DNA from: Octopus sinensis
Taxonomy: Eukaryota
DNA length: 64,000 nt
Assembly (NCBI RefSeq): GCF_006345805.1
Contig: NC_043007.1
Location: 4,836,001 to 4,900,000, forward strand
Direction of reading: 5' to 3'
Shown here: one piece after another, positions 36,451 through 49,829 of the stretch
How the letters are laid out: each line of letters starts with the position of its first letter
Position numbering within the stretch: the first letter of the stretch is position 1
Position numbers and translations under genes: made by a program
Notes under the pieces: generated by a model
Told to the model about the DNA's origin: nothing
The model's database searches: none
What the model saw: only the letters and a program-made list of their open reading frames with translations

Positions 36451-38754
36451 CTTACGGGACAAACCCCTTCCCTTGAAATCACTGGATCGGTGCCAAGATT
36501 TGAAATCAATATCTCACCAGGTTAACACAACACAGCCTACACCATGATTTGAACTCAGAGCTTACAGAACTGGAACAAACACTGCCAGACATTGAATCTG
36601 ACATTCTAGTAAGATTCAGCTCTTTTGTAACAAATGTTTCTAAAAGAGACACAAAGCCTGGAATTGGGGGAGCGGGGTGGGGGTTGGTCAGTTATATTAA
36701 TTGCTGCATTTAACTGGTCCTTATTTTATTGGCCCCCTGAGAGATGAAATGCAAAGTTGATCTCAGAATGATTTGAACTCAGTATGGAAAGAGCCAGAAG
36801 AAAAACTGTCAGTAATTTTCTCCGATGCTTTGACAATTCCGCCAACCATTTTCCCTTAGAACAACAGCAACAATGCTTCCACCATAATGACAATGATGAA
36901 GGGGAGGAGGGGCGAGGGGAGAAGGAGGAGGATGGCTTTAGAGTAAGTTATAGAAACTATTGATGAGGAGGCTAATTCTGCAATAACGGGACACTTAATG
37001 ACTGACGTACGTTCTTGGTGTGGGTGTACTAGCAACTACTAATGCAAACCAACAACAAAATCGGTTCATGGTAGTTCAGTCTGCTTGAAATAGCAGCTCA
37101 ATCACCTTCAACTGATACCTTAAGGAATGAAGAAATGAAGAAACGAAGGAACAGAGGAAAAAAGAAAGAACGGAAAAACTGAATAAATAAAGAATGAACG
37201 GGAGAACGGAAGAATGAAAAACGAAAGAAAGAAAGAGAGAAAGAACAAGGGAAAGGAAGAAAAAGCTCGCCAGACAACATAGCATTTGATGACCCTGCAA
37301 ACCCCTTAAAACATCAGATATAATACTCCGCTGTTCCTTAAGTTTCATCTTTATGGGACCAATAAATAAAGTACCGATATTGTGTTGGATTCTTCATTTT
37401 CTGCCTTTCTTTCATTCTTGCTTTCTCTTTTATAGAAACTACTGCCGTTAAACCTAAAGGAGAGGCTGGTGGGCCCTGCCAGGTTTTAGGATGCCCAAGA
37501 AACACCGCCTGTCACAAAAGCCCTCCTGTTATAACTCTATTAGGAATTGAGGGCCCAAGGGAAGAATCTGTACGACACGGTATACTACCATACAATAAAG
37601 TCAGTGTGGTAAGAGCTGACATCCATTTGATCACAGAATCAGCTCATTTAGAACCACCCCCCACTGGGGTTAAACAACAACAACAACAACAAACAATAAC
37701 TAATAACCAGTGTGTCGATGAAAAACTCACTCATAAACTGTAAAAAAAAATTTTGAAAACAACAATAATAATAATTCCATTAGTGAAAACATAAAAAAAA
37801 GCACAAAAACCTTTTCTTTTCTTTTCTTTTTTTTTTTTCCAATTTATTGATTCGATGGTAACGATTAGTGAGTTCTGTAGGAGCGGCATGAAGGCGGCGG
37901 AGGTTTGGATGTGTAGTAATTCTGCACCGCAGTCTGACATTTACACATCGCTGCAGTTACAAACCACTGCCACCATCCATAGTACCACCTCTAGTATATA
38001 AGAAGTTTACCATTCACCACAACTACTGTTGTGTATATATGTATATATACATATACTAGTAGAACCAACAATACTTCTTTCATTATTGTTTATTATGATC
38101 ATCATTATTATTATCAACACTACCACAACCATCATCGCCATCATCAACATCACCACTGCAACCACCATCATCACCATCGCCATCATCATTATTAAAAGCC
38201 ACCTCCACCACCGCCACCACCACCACCACCACCAGCCCCTTTGTGACAATCACTCAATACCACAAATGGCAAAATATCAATCCTGGGAGCTTCTATTTCT
38301 AGCAAGTCCTTTGACTTGCTAGAAATAGCAACTGAGTCTCCCTCAAAACCCGCATCCTTGAGAAAGACAGAAGGACATCTTGGATGATGTAGTTCTTGGC
38401 TCCTTGCCAGTAGACAGCAGATGGGATGGTCACCACTGGCATCACTTTGACTACTAATACTACCACCATTACTAGTAAAACAACTGCCACCACCACTATG
38501 ACTATTACCATTACCACAATTACCACCACTACTACAACCACCACTATAAGGGTACTACCATTAATGCCATCACCATAACCATCATCACCACCACAACCAC
38601 TATTACCGCCACCACTGTTTCTGCACTACCACCACCACAACCACCATGCAACTACCACCACCACCACTACCACCACCACCGCCACCACCAGTATAACTAC
38701 CACCACTACTACTAATGCCATTACTACAACCACCACTATTGCTGCTACTACTAT

Positions 38755-38795
<41 letters not shown>

Positions 38796-39039
38796 TCACT
38801 ACTACTACTACCAGTACTGCTACCCCAATCACCTCTACTATTACCACCACCATTGCTACTGCACTAACACCCTCCCCACCACCACCACCACTGCAACCGC
38901 CACCACCGCCACCACACCTCCCCCACCCCACTACTAGTTGCACCATTTGCAGCAGTTAGTAGCAGCACCAGATGCTAGTATGCTACACTGTGACCTACAA
39001 AAATACCAGCAGACTAAACTCCATTCTTGTTGTTGCCTC

Positions 39040-39520
39040 AACAGACAGACTGACGGACAGGCTGGCAGGCAGAAAGGCAGACAGGCAGACAAACTGACAT
39101 ACAGGCAAATTTACAGGTAGACAGGCATACATACAGACAGGCAGACAGACACGCTAAGAAGACAGGCAGACAGGAAGACTGACAGACTGACAGACATATA
39201 GAAATATTGATGGGCAAATGGCAGATAACTAAACAAATTGTTAGATGGATGCATGGAGAATGGGAGAGAGAAGGAGGGAGAGAGACATAGAGACAGAGGG
39301 GGGAGGGAGGGAGAGACAGACAGACAGACAGAAACAAACAGGCAGACGGACAGACGGACGGACAGGCAGGCACAGGCAGACAGTGAAGATAGACAGGTAG
39401 ATAGATGGGGTAGAGAGAGAGAGAAATAGCTAAATAGGTCAATAGATAGATAGGTAGATATAGACAGAGAGATAAGTGGATGGAGAGGAAAGGTAGACAA
39501 ATGCATGGAGATGTAAAGAG

Positions 39521-39573
<53 letters not shown>

Positions 39574-39780
39574 TAGATGGACAGATGGATATATATATAT
39601 ATATATATCTATATATATATATATAGATATATAGATATATAGATAGATAGATAGATAGATAGACAGATAGATAGACAGATAGATAGATAGATAGATAGAT
39701 AGACAGATAGATAGATAGATGGATAGATAGATAGATGGATAGATAGGTAGATAAGTTTGTAGGCCGACTGTTAGACACAT
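39040..39780. repeat. Compound (CAGA/GATA/GA/TA) tract
   Basis: Seen directly in the sequence. Confidence 0.9.
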
Positions 39781-40889
39781 AGAGAGATGTGTAGGTGATT
39801 GTTAGATGAATAAATACATGATAGGGGTTTAGATAAAAAAAAACATAAAGCAAGATTAAGAGAGACAAAGAGAGAATTACAGAGTCAGGAAAACTGACAA
39901 ACACAACACACACACACACACACACACGCACAAACACACACACACACGCGCGCTTATGACACTTCCCTGTATTACCTGAATGACTATCGCTACCTCTACT
40001 TCATGGAATATTTTTAGCATCTCTTTGACTATCCTTGACAGTTTGGCTACTTTTCTTGCTTCCTTTTTTTTGATTGGAACTTTGACCCCACCTCTATCGT
40101 CATTGACTCCTAGTTTTCTCTTTTGGGTCTACCTGCTGTAGCTCCTCTCTCTCTCTCTCTCTCTGTACCACACTCACTCCTACACATTCTCTGCATTCAA
40201 TATTCCTTCATAACATTTCCAAATGGATTTCTTCCTGTGTTGGTGAAGGTCAGTTATTTCACAGCCTTTCCAAGCACATTTTTTTGTTTCCATTGAACTG
40301 AAATTTCGGTTTGCAATCTGGACCTCACACTTCTGATATTCTCATTACAGAATATTGGCAAACCCCTGCCTTGCAGGATCTTCCCCAACTATGGATACCC
40401 AGCATCCACCTTCTCTTCTAACATCGCTTATTGCTCCTTGTTATGGGATTATTTGGACTTAGACAAAATGTCGTGATGGTCATTAAGTAATTGTCTTTGA
40501 TTGCATTGTTCAACAGAAACATCATTAAGGTAAACTACAGCAGCATAAAAAAAAAATGTCTAATTTCATTAAAAGTTCCAACATAGAATATTGCAAACAA
40601 GCAGCAGACAAAGTGAGCTGCCATGCAATTACCAAAATAGAGGTCCTTTAACACCTAAAAGATCAAATTCATATAGACAAATATTGCATACTCTGTTGAT
40701 GGTTCCACCAACAATACATAAGGAGCTACATAAGGAGTCTTCAATAGTCTCCTTCACCAACTCAGCAACTTGCTCCAACATCATCCCTGAGAAAATACCA
40801 CATCACTTTCAAGGTCTACATAGAAAACAAGGAGCCATTAGAATATCAAGGTCAATGTTAAATAAAGCATGTATGTATGTATGTATACA

Positions 40890-41210
40890 TCATCATCATC
40901 ATCATTGTTTAACGTCCGTTTTCCATGCTAGCATGGGTTGGACGGTTCGACTAGGGTCTGGGCAACCAGGAGGCTGTACCAGGCTCGTCTGATCCGGCAG
41001 TGTTTCTACAGCTGGATGCCCTTCTAACGCCAACCACTCCGTGAGTGTAGTGGGTGCTTTTTACGTGCCACCGGCACAGGGGCCAGAGGAGGCTGGCAAA
41101 CAGCCACGATCAGTTAGTGCTTTTATGTGTCACCGTCACGGACGCCAGTCAGGTGGTGCTGGCATCTGCCATGTTCAGACGGTGCTTTTTACGTGTCACC
41201 AACACGGGTT
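40890..41210 (-). mobile_element. Family C copy
   Basis: (CAT)n-gtttaacgtccgttttccatgctagcatgggttgg...gggtgctttttacgtgccaccggc plus degenerate internal units. Confidence 0.9.
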
Positions 41211-41399
41211 ATGCATTTACATATATGTGCACATACATAAACACACACACACATTTTATGATGCTGCTAATGATTCCCATCAAAGTTGCTACACGGGTTT
41301 TCTAACCCCAGTCATTTCAGCAGGTAAAATTTGACCTGTAGATGTGAGGGACATTGCCCTGATTCAGTTTAGAAATTCAGATTTGGGAAAGTCTTTATT

Positions 41400-42330
41400 T
41401 TGCAAATTATGTAAATCTTGTAAAATTCCTAGGAAGAAAATGTTGATGAAAATGACAGAAAGTCAAAATCTCAGATCTTCTTTTTAGTAATCTCGGTGGC
41501 TGTTTCAGTATCCAGAACTTTGTCGTTAGACACAATCTGCAGTTTCTATTCCCATCAGAGTATGGGGATATGTTCAATTATTCTGTTCCTTAATTTCAAT
41601 TTATTTTAGAGGTAGTATTTTCTTTGTCTCTCAATCTGAAGTAGCAAATTTGTTGGTTGTATCAGCTCTTAAAAGTATTTGTGGTGAATTCCATATAATC
41701 CTTCTCAATGCCCTCAGTAAATGCCATGCTTGCCGCACATGGTACTGCCTGAAGCATGATTCTCTAAATGGGAAGGTTCTGAAATCACAAGCCAGATGTT
41801 GGGAGGAAATTGACTCTTTTCTAGATTGCTGATATCTGTGAAACAATACTGTCCAGAGAAGAGTAACTCACTTGCACATTATTGCTATTGAAATGTTTGT
41901 GGCATTTATGAATGGCTGAAAAATGAAACTTTGATAAAAACAAATATTTCTTGATAATGTTGGTAAATACCAAATGGTATATTGAACTAATTTATCTCCC
42001 TCTTTCTAGGTCCATTGTCTCATATGGAGAGACTGATTCTTGTATACAAGTTCCTTTCTAAAACCACGTTTTTTAGGATATCGTCTTAATAAGGAGCAGA
42101 AAATGTCCCTGCCAAGGCATACATAAGAAACCTTTGTATTTATCCTATTTATGAGATTTCTGCCAATAGGTGGGGCAGCTGTTTGGAGTTCTTGGAAATG
42201 GTTTGTTAGTGTGGAATTTTTATATGAGCAACGTTTACTTGTAATGAAATTTAATGTGGAAGGACCAAAACGTTTGATATTGGTATTTTACAGCTAATGG
42301 CGTTGCAGTGTATTTTTATTTTTTGTTTTG
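41400..42330 (-). mobile_element. Penelope-like element ORF remnant (RT thumb/linker + GIY-YIG)
   Basis: Across frameshifts: ...HKHFNSNNVQVSYSSLDSIVSQIS..., ...YMEFTTNTFKS*YNQQICYFRLRDKENTTS..., PYSDGNRNCRLCLTTKFWILK. These match recalled PLE motifs KIFNRNNVKVSYSC, YIGLT..FK.RY..H..SF and PY....RC.LCL.EK. Confidence 0.8.
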
Positions 42331-42589
42331 ATTTTGGTTTCTTTGCCATGACCACCACCGCCATGCATTCTGTAATCATTCTGATCAGAAAATTTGTCAG
42401 CTCTCTTTCAATGGAAGTAAAGCAAATCCTTTGTTGCCATTGGCAACAGTGGACGACAGAGATGAAAGAATCAAAATACCGTATGCCAACAGATATTTCT
42501 CAAGATGGACAGCAACGAAGGAAATATGTAATTTACATTGATGAGTAATTAAGCGAGTGAAGGACGACACTTCTTATATTTTCATTATC

Positions 42590-42772
42590 ATTGGTCATCA
42601 GCATTAACATCGTTATTTACTTTCTCATCACCAACATCACAATCTTCGTCATGACCATCATCATCATCATCATCATCACCACCATCACCACCATCACCAC
42701 CACCACCACCATCAGCATCATCATCATCATCATTGTCGTCGTCATCATCATCATCAGCACCACTACCACCAC

Positions 42773-42811
<39 letters not shown>

Positions 42812-42899
42812 TGTCGTCGTCATCATCATCATCATCATCATCACCATTATCATCATCATCACCATCATCATCACCGTCATCATCATCATCATCACCATT

Positions 42900-42952
<53 letters not shown>

Positions 42953-43073
42953 TATCATCATCATCATCATCATCATCATCATTGTCGTCGTCATCATCAT
43001 CATCATCATCATCACCATTATCATCATCATCACCATCATCATCACCGTCATCATCATCATCATCATCATCATT

Positions 43074-43121
<48 letters not shown>

Positions 43122-43246
43122 GTCGTCGTCATCATCATCATCATCATCATCATCATCACCACCACAACACCACAACCATCAAAATCGTCATCATCATCAT
43201 TCACAATAACACCACCACCATCATCAACAAAATCATCATTATTCAT

Positions 43247-43279
<33 letters not shown>

Positions 43280-43315
43280 TGTTGTCATCGTCACCACCTA
43301 CACCACCACTGCCAC
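42590..43315. repeat. About 720-bp (CAT/CAC)n trinucleotide tract
   Basis: Seen directly; an internal block is repeated about 171 bp apart. Confidence 0.95.
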
Positions 43316-43568
43316 CAGCTAAACAATTAATGCTATATTAGTTCTAGTCTCTACAACCAGCCACCTCACAAAGCTTAACATTATTATTACCACTGTTACC
43401 ATGGTTAGTTTTAGCACCGTTTCCATGGTTACTTTTTTCTAAGAAACTTCCTTGTAGTCTCCATCCTAGTAATCAGCTGACCAACTTACAAACATGGACA
43501 TGGGTGTGCATACATGCAAACACACACGCACATATAGGTGTGTGTGTGTATATCTATATTTATATATG

Positions 43569-43601
<33 letters not shown>

Positions 43602-43647
43602 ATATTTATATGTATTTATATATATCTATATATCTATCATCATCATC

Positions 43648-43707
<60 letters not shown>

Positions 43708-44019
43708 ATATGTATGTATGTATATATATACATATATATATATAAGAGAGAAGAGAGAGAGAGATATACATATAGATATACATATACATACATATGTATG
43801 CAAACACACACACATTTATGTATTTTATGTTTTTTATAAATATACATATATAGATATACATATAGATATAGATATAAATATATACATATATGTGTGTATG
43901 TGTATGTGTGCCTGTGTGTGTATGTGTGTGTATGTATTTATGTACATACACACACATACACATATATATTTGTGCAACTGAGAGTATGTGTGTGTTTTGT
44001 GTTCACACACACACATATA

Positions 44020-44064
<45 letters not shown>

Positions 44065-44169
44065 TTACATGGAGATGGATGCGTGGCATTCAATCATATA
44101 ATAATATAAATAATATATAAATATATGCATATATACTTACGTATATGTACATACCTATATATATATATG

Positions 44170-44437
44170 TACATATACATGTATAAATGGGTACAGGACA
44201 TTAAAAAAATGTGAACAAAAGGAGAAACATGAATATAAAAAATAAAAACATAGAAAACAAACATTTTTTCGAACAACAAAAGAAACAAACAGAGAAACGA
44301 GACATGCAACAAAAAGAATATTCTCCTTCATCAGTTGTCCCCTCTTTTATCTACTCCGCATTTTGAAACACAGAGTATATATATATATATATATATATAT
44401 ACTCCGCATTTTGAAACACAGAGTATATATATATAAT
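44170..44437 (-). mobile_element. PLE-like family P3 fragment with duplicated terminus
   Basis: Reverse complement of the 14045-14230 family; actccgcattttgaaacacagag(TA)n appears twice in tandem (44353, 44401). Confidence 0.65.
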
Positions 44438-44484
44438 ACACACACACATGTATATATATTTATATTTATATACGCATACATGTA

Positions 44485-44790
44485 GGAGGCACATGGCCTA
44501 GTGGTTAGAGCAGCAGACTCGTGGTCAAGGGATCATGGGTTTGAATCTCAGACAGGGCGACATGTGTGTTTATGAGCGAAACACCTAAGCTCTACGTGGC
44601 TCCGGCAGAATGCAATGGCGAACTTCTGCTGACTCTTTTGCCAAAACTTTCTCTCACTCTTTCCTCCTGCATCTTGCAGCTCACCTGCGGCGGACCGGTG
44701 TTCCATCCAGGTGGGGAACCCATATGCCAAGGAAACTGGGAAACTGGCCCTATGGACCAGGCATGGCTTGAGAGGGAACAAACAAAACAC
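44485..44790 (+). mobile_element. tRNA-headed SINE family E
   Basis: A box ggcctagtggttag and B box gggtttgaatctc, followed by an unrelated 230-bp body ending near (CA)n. Confidence 0.7.
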
Positions 44791-45049
44791 ACACACACAC
44801 ACACATATATATTCTTATTTATTTTATCTCTACATATCTCTGATGATTTGACAGCAAGGCTTGATAATGTAATTTACATTATGTTACCAATAATCATCTA
44901 CGTTAATGAAACATAAGTAAGATGGCCTAACTAAATATCTTATAAACAATCTCTCATGATATCTTTTGTCCCATATAATATATATATATATATAATACTA
45001 CACACATACAACATATATATATTTATATACACATACATACATATACATT

Positions 45050-45103
<54 letters not shown>

Positions 45104-45754
45104 TCATATGTATGTATGTATATATAATATATATATATATATATATATTTACACATATATATATATAGGTGTACATATATATTCATATTTATGCATGTAT
45201 GTATGATGATAAAAAAGCAATGCTATCTTTTGACATCACTGTATCTCCTATGTATATATAATAACTTTCAACTGATTAGTATTTCTGCACCATCAGATTT
45301 TTATTCCAAACACTTAACAAACATGAAGATGGTAACCAATTAAGAAAAACGCAACGTGTGGCAGTAATTTCTCTATTAATATGCTGGGTGTGTTTCGTGA
45401 TAATTATACATATACAACTGCACACACATAAACATGCACACACGCACATAGATGCACTCACACACGTATGTATTTGTGAGCATATATCCATATAGATGTG
45501 TGTGAATGTATGTATGTACATATATTCATACATATATGCATACTTATGAACTTCTATACATTTATATATACATATATATTTATAATTATATATGTGTGTG
45601 TGTGTGTGTATACATATATATACATCTATATTTATATATATGTTATATATTATATATGTATGTTATATTATATGTGTGTGTGCATGTGTGTGTATATATA
45701 TATATATATTATATATATATATATACATATATACATATATTGTATATATATATT

Positions 45755-45795
<41 letters not shown>

Positions 45796-45844
45796 CACAC
45801 ATATATACATATATATATATACATACATGTGTATATATTATGTA

Positions 45845-45882
<38 letters not shown>

Positions 45883-46483
45883 CATACATATGTGTATATA
45901 TATGTGTGTGTATATATATATGTGTATATATATATGTGTATATATAATGTGTGTATATATATATGAATACATAAATATACATATATATATATATACACAC
46001 ATGCATAGATATATATATATATATGTACACATACATGCATACATACATATAAGCATACTTGCATATATGTATGTGTGTGTATATATTCATATATGCATAT
46101 ACATTCACACACGCGTATGCATGTGCATGCATGTGTGTGTGCATGCGTGTGTGTGTGTGAGTGTGTATGTGTGCAAGTTCTTCAGGTTAAAATATATATT
46201 GTTAATATTTTCCTGAGTATTTAACAGTTCTGACATGTTTCCATTAATAATCCCCTATCAGCCATGTTTACATGCTGCTTTGATTATTATGGGATTTTTT
46301 CTTTCTTTCTACATTTATTTAATTGTTTTTTTTGTTTGTTATTTGTTTGGTTCTCTTCTTCATCTGGCAGCCATATTGGTTCCATTCCATTCTCTCATCC
46401 TCTTTCTGCCACTCGATGCACTTTTCCACTCTCGTTATCACTCACGCTCACTCTCTAATTGATTCTCTATTCTACGCACTTGT

Positions 46484-46535
<52 letters not shown>

Positions 46536-47118
46536 CACATACATGCTTAAATATATACATAAATACACACACATATGTATGCATGTATATATAGATATGT
46601 GTGTGTGTGTGTGTGTGTAACATATGTATATATATATATATATATGTATATGTATGTATGTATACATATATATATATATATATAATATATATGTATGTAT
46701 GTATGTATGTATAATATTATATATATATATATATAGTGGTGTGTTATGTATATATGTATGTATGTATGTATGTATACATTATATATATATAATATATATA
46801 ATATATAATGTGTTAATATATGTATGTATAGCCATGTTTTGTGAATGTATTTCATCATTTTCAATTACATCATCATTTACCATTTACCGTTCCCCTTTTC
46901 TGTGACTGCATGAGTCAGACAGAGTTTGTTGAAGCAGATTTTCTACGCTCGATTGCCCTTCCTGTCAACAACTTTCACCCATTTTCATGCAAATAATATT
47001 TCCCATGGTTAGACATGTTCTCCATGGAAGAATTTATTTCAACAACATCGTTTGTATGACAATGGTTCTTCTTTATAATCACCATGCGAAATCAAGCCAA
47101 GATTACACACAAATAGAT

Positions 47119-47979
47119 GCAAGGTGGTACCCAAAAGTAACTGGAAACATTCTCTGTGGGACAAGCCCATTGTAGTTCAGCCTTCCACCATTAGAAGCCA
47201 CTTGATGTGATCCTCAGGCATTACTATTCCGACCAGCATTGTTCAGTGAGGTTTTACTGCCACATGGTGCATCCTTGTTTTGCAGTGGTTTCCCAGTGTG
47301 GGGCAATTTTTGTAATGGCTGAAACCAAGGAACACCGTGCTTCCATGAAATTCTGTTTTCTGGTGGGGAAAATGGTATCTGAAACAGTTGTCTTACTTCA
47401 AACTGTTTACAAGGACACTGCCATGAACAAAACACAAGTTTATGGCTGGTTTTTATGTGACCATCAACCTCCCAAACGAATGGGAACATCATGAAAATTC
47501 CTGAACCGATCTTGGAGAACCATCACTGAACAACTGATGAACTTGTTGATATGACTGGTGTGTCTTGGAGCTCCTGCCAATGAATTTTAAATGAGTAATT
47601 GTGCAAGAAAAGAGTTGGAGCAAAGTTTGTGCCTGACTTTCTCACGGAGGACCAAAATCAGTCATGACTGAATGCGTGCCATGACCTGAAAGAACTACTG
47701 GAAATTGATCCAGACCCTTTCTTCGAAGGTCACCACTGATAGTGAAAGATGTGGCTACAGAATTTGCAGATGTGGAAGAGGTGAAAGAAAACACGATGGA
47801 GGTGTTAAAAGGCACCACTTGGCAAGAGTTCCAGCACTGGTTCGAACAGTGGAAAACACACCTGGACTGATACATTCCTTCAAATGGAGAATACTTTGAA
47901 GGCAATAAAAGAGTAAACATGTAAAACTAAATGAATGAAATAATATTGCAAAATTCCAGTTTCTTTTGGGTTCCCCCTC
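47119..47979 (+). mobile_element. Mariner element, internally deleted, both TIRs present
   Basis: TIRs caaggtggtacccaaaagtaactggaa / ttccagtttcttttgggttccccctca; N-term EHRASMKFCFLVGKMVSETVVLLQTVYKDTAMNKTQVYGWF; C-term FADVEEVKENTMEVLKG...EFQHWFEQWK...SNGEYFEG. Confidence 0.92.
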
Positions 47980-48299
47980 ATATGTGTGTGTGTGTGTGTG
48001 TGTGTACATGCAAGTATGTAGGTGCAAATGAACATGGAGAAAATAACACTGAAATATGAAAGGTAGAGTAAAATCGTGTTTTATTGAAACTAAAAAAACT
48101 TTAGAAACTGTGAGTCAGTTTCACACAATCAATCATCAGAGAGGCAGGAGTTTTGTTTGACGGATGATTGGATACACGCAACTCATTTTGTCACATTCTG
48201 TGAAGATTTATCAACTTCAATATAATATATGTGTGTGTATATATATATATATCTCCAACCAGTTGTCATGACTGAATGCTAAACTCACAAGCTTTTTTT

Positions 48300-48455
48300 A
48301 TCTCTCTGTTTCTTTCCTCGTGTTCCTTTCTGTTGAAGAGCATAGGCTTGAAACATAAAAGGTTTTCTCACCTTCCTAGCACCAGACTAATACACCTGCT
48401 TGTTGTTTACACACCTGTCTTCGTATTTTGATTTTCCTGAAAATTTCAACTATAC
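48300..48455 (+). mobile_element. PLE-like family P2 copy with HHR variant
   Basis: CCUUU-CUGUUGA-A-GAGC(AUAG)GCUU-GAAA-CAU-A/AAAGG at 48325-48362; ends in (TA)n. Confidence 0.7.
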
Positions 48456-48512
48456 ATATATATATATATAGGGTAGAAAATATTTTAGTGTGGAAACCCA
48501 CGTGGTGGATTT

Positions 48513-48816
48513 ATATAGAAAGAGAAAAGATGAAAAAACACAGAAGTTTTGTTTTATAGGATTAAGGTGTATATTAGAGTCATAATAATAAAAATATTAT
48601 ACAATTTTGTACAAAACAAGGTTTTGTTCTTTCAACATAATTAAAGTAAGAACTGATGTCTTCCCACTAGCAATATATCTATTTTTCAAACCTTAGCTTG
48701 ATGAGCAATGTGAAACCGGTTTAATGGTATAATATCTTTATTATTATGACTCTAATACACACCTTAATCCTGTAATACAAATCTTCTGTGTTTTTTCATC
48801 TTTTCTCTTTCTGTAT
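48513..48816 (+). mobile_element. Fold-back mini-element with decayed HHR in spacer
   Basis: 94-bp arms 48513-48606 and 48723-48816; the spacer has ccttagcttgatgagcaatgtgaaaccggtttaatgg (48691-48727). Confidence 0.75.
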
Positions 48817-48834
48817 ATATATATTTATATATAT

Positions 48835-48995
48835 ATTGTTTCTCTCCTTGTTTTTTCTGTGTCCCTTTCTGTAGAAGAGCATAGGCTCGAAACATAAAAG
48901 ACTTTTTCTATTCCTGAGCATTATACTAATACATCTGTTTGTTTTGTACACCACCTGTCTTTGTCTTTTGTTTTTTTTTGTAAACTCTCCCCCTA
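48835..48995 (+). mobile_element. PLE-like family P2 copy with HHR variant
   Basis: CUUU-CUGUAGA-A-GAGC(AUAG)GCUC-GAAA-CAU-A/AAAG at 48865-48900; flanked by (TA)n. Confidence 0.7.
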
Positions 48996-49019
48996 TATAT
49001 ATATATATATATATATATA

Positions 49020-49358
49020 TCATCATCATCATCATTTAACATCCATGGGTTGGTGAGTTTGACACAGGTTAATCAGCTGAAGGGCTGCCCAGTCACTGTG
49101 TCTGTTTTGGCATGGTTCCTACTGCTAGTTGCCTGCCCTTCCTAATGCCAGCCACTTTACAGAGTGTACTGGGTGCAATTACATGGCACTGGTACGGGTG
49201 CTTTTTATGTGGCACCAAAACCCCTGAGCCCACAACATTAGGAATGCGCAGCTGGAGAGGGATGTAAGGGGACAAGCCTGTACGCAAGGGCAACCACACT
49301 TTTACTTAGCTTGACTTGTATTTTCGAGCACAGCAAACTGCCAGGGGCCTTGGTCCCC
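49020..49358 (-). mobile_element. Family C copy running into the gap
   Basis: (CAT)n tail, cccttcctaatgccagccact, ggtgctttttatgtggcacc. Confidence 0.7.
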
Positions 49359-49458
49359 NNNNNNNNNNNNNNNNNNNNNNNNNNNNNNNNNNNNNNNNNN
49401 NNNNNNNNNNNNNNNNNNNNNNNNNNNNNNNNNNNNNNNNNNNNNNNNNNNNNNNNNN
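49359..49458. other. Assembly gap (100 N)
   Basis: Exactly 100 N, typical of a scaffold join of unknown size. Confidence 0.98.
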
Positions 49459-49644
49459 CACTTCTTATCTCTCTCTCTCTCTTCCTTCTTCTTTCTCTCT
49501 TCTCTCTCTTTCCTTCTCTCTTTCTCTCTCTCTCTCCTATCTCTCCTCTTCTTTCTTTCTCTCTCTCTCTCTCTCTTCTCTTTCTCTCTCTTTCCTTCTC
49601 TCTCTCTATTTCCTTCTCTCTCTCTTTCCTTCTCTCTCTTTCCT

Positions 49645-49715
<71 letters not shown>

Positions 49716-49829
49716 CCTTACCTTCTTTCTCTTTATGTCTCACTCTTTCCCTACAATCATCATCATCACCATCACATAAGTACAGCTAAACCAAAAGACA
49801 CTCTCAGAAGTTAATACTGAATCTATTCT

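Noticed and set aside
40517-40529. 13-nt microexon (caacag/AAACATCATTAAG/gtaaac)
   Set aside because: Not frame-preserving and has no partner exon; expected by chance.
41680-41705. In-frame TGA in the PLE GIY-YIG as selenocysteine
   Set aside because: It aligns to a conserved Arg (CGA to TGA CpG decay) in an ORF with many other lesions; no SECIS recognised.
44485-44560. tRNA gene (also 23301-23365 and 53050-53110)
   Set aside because: A/B boxes are present but there is no complete cloverleaf; each continues into a repeat body, so these are SINE heads.
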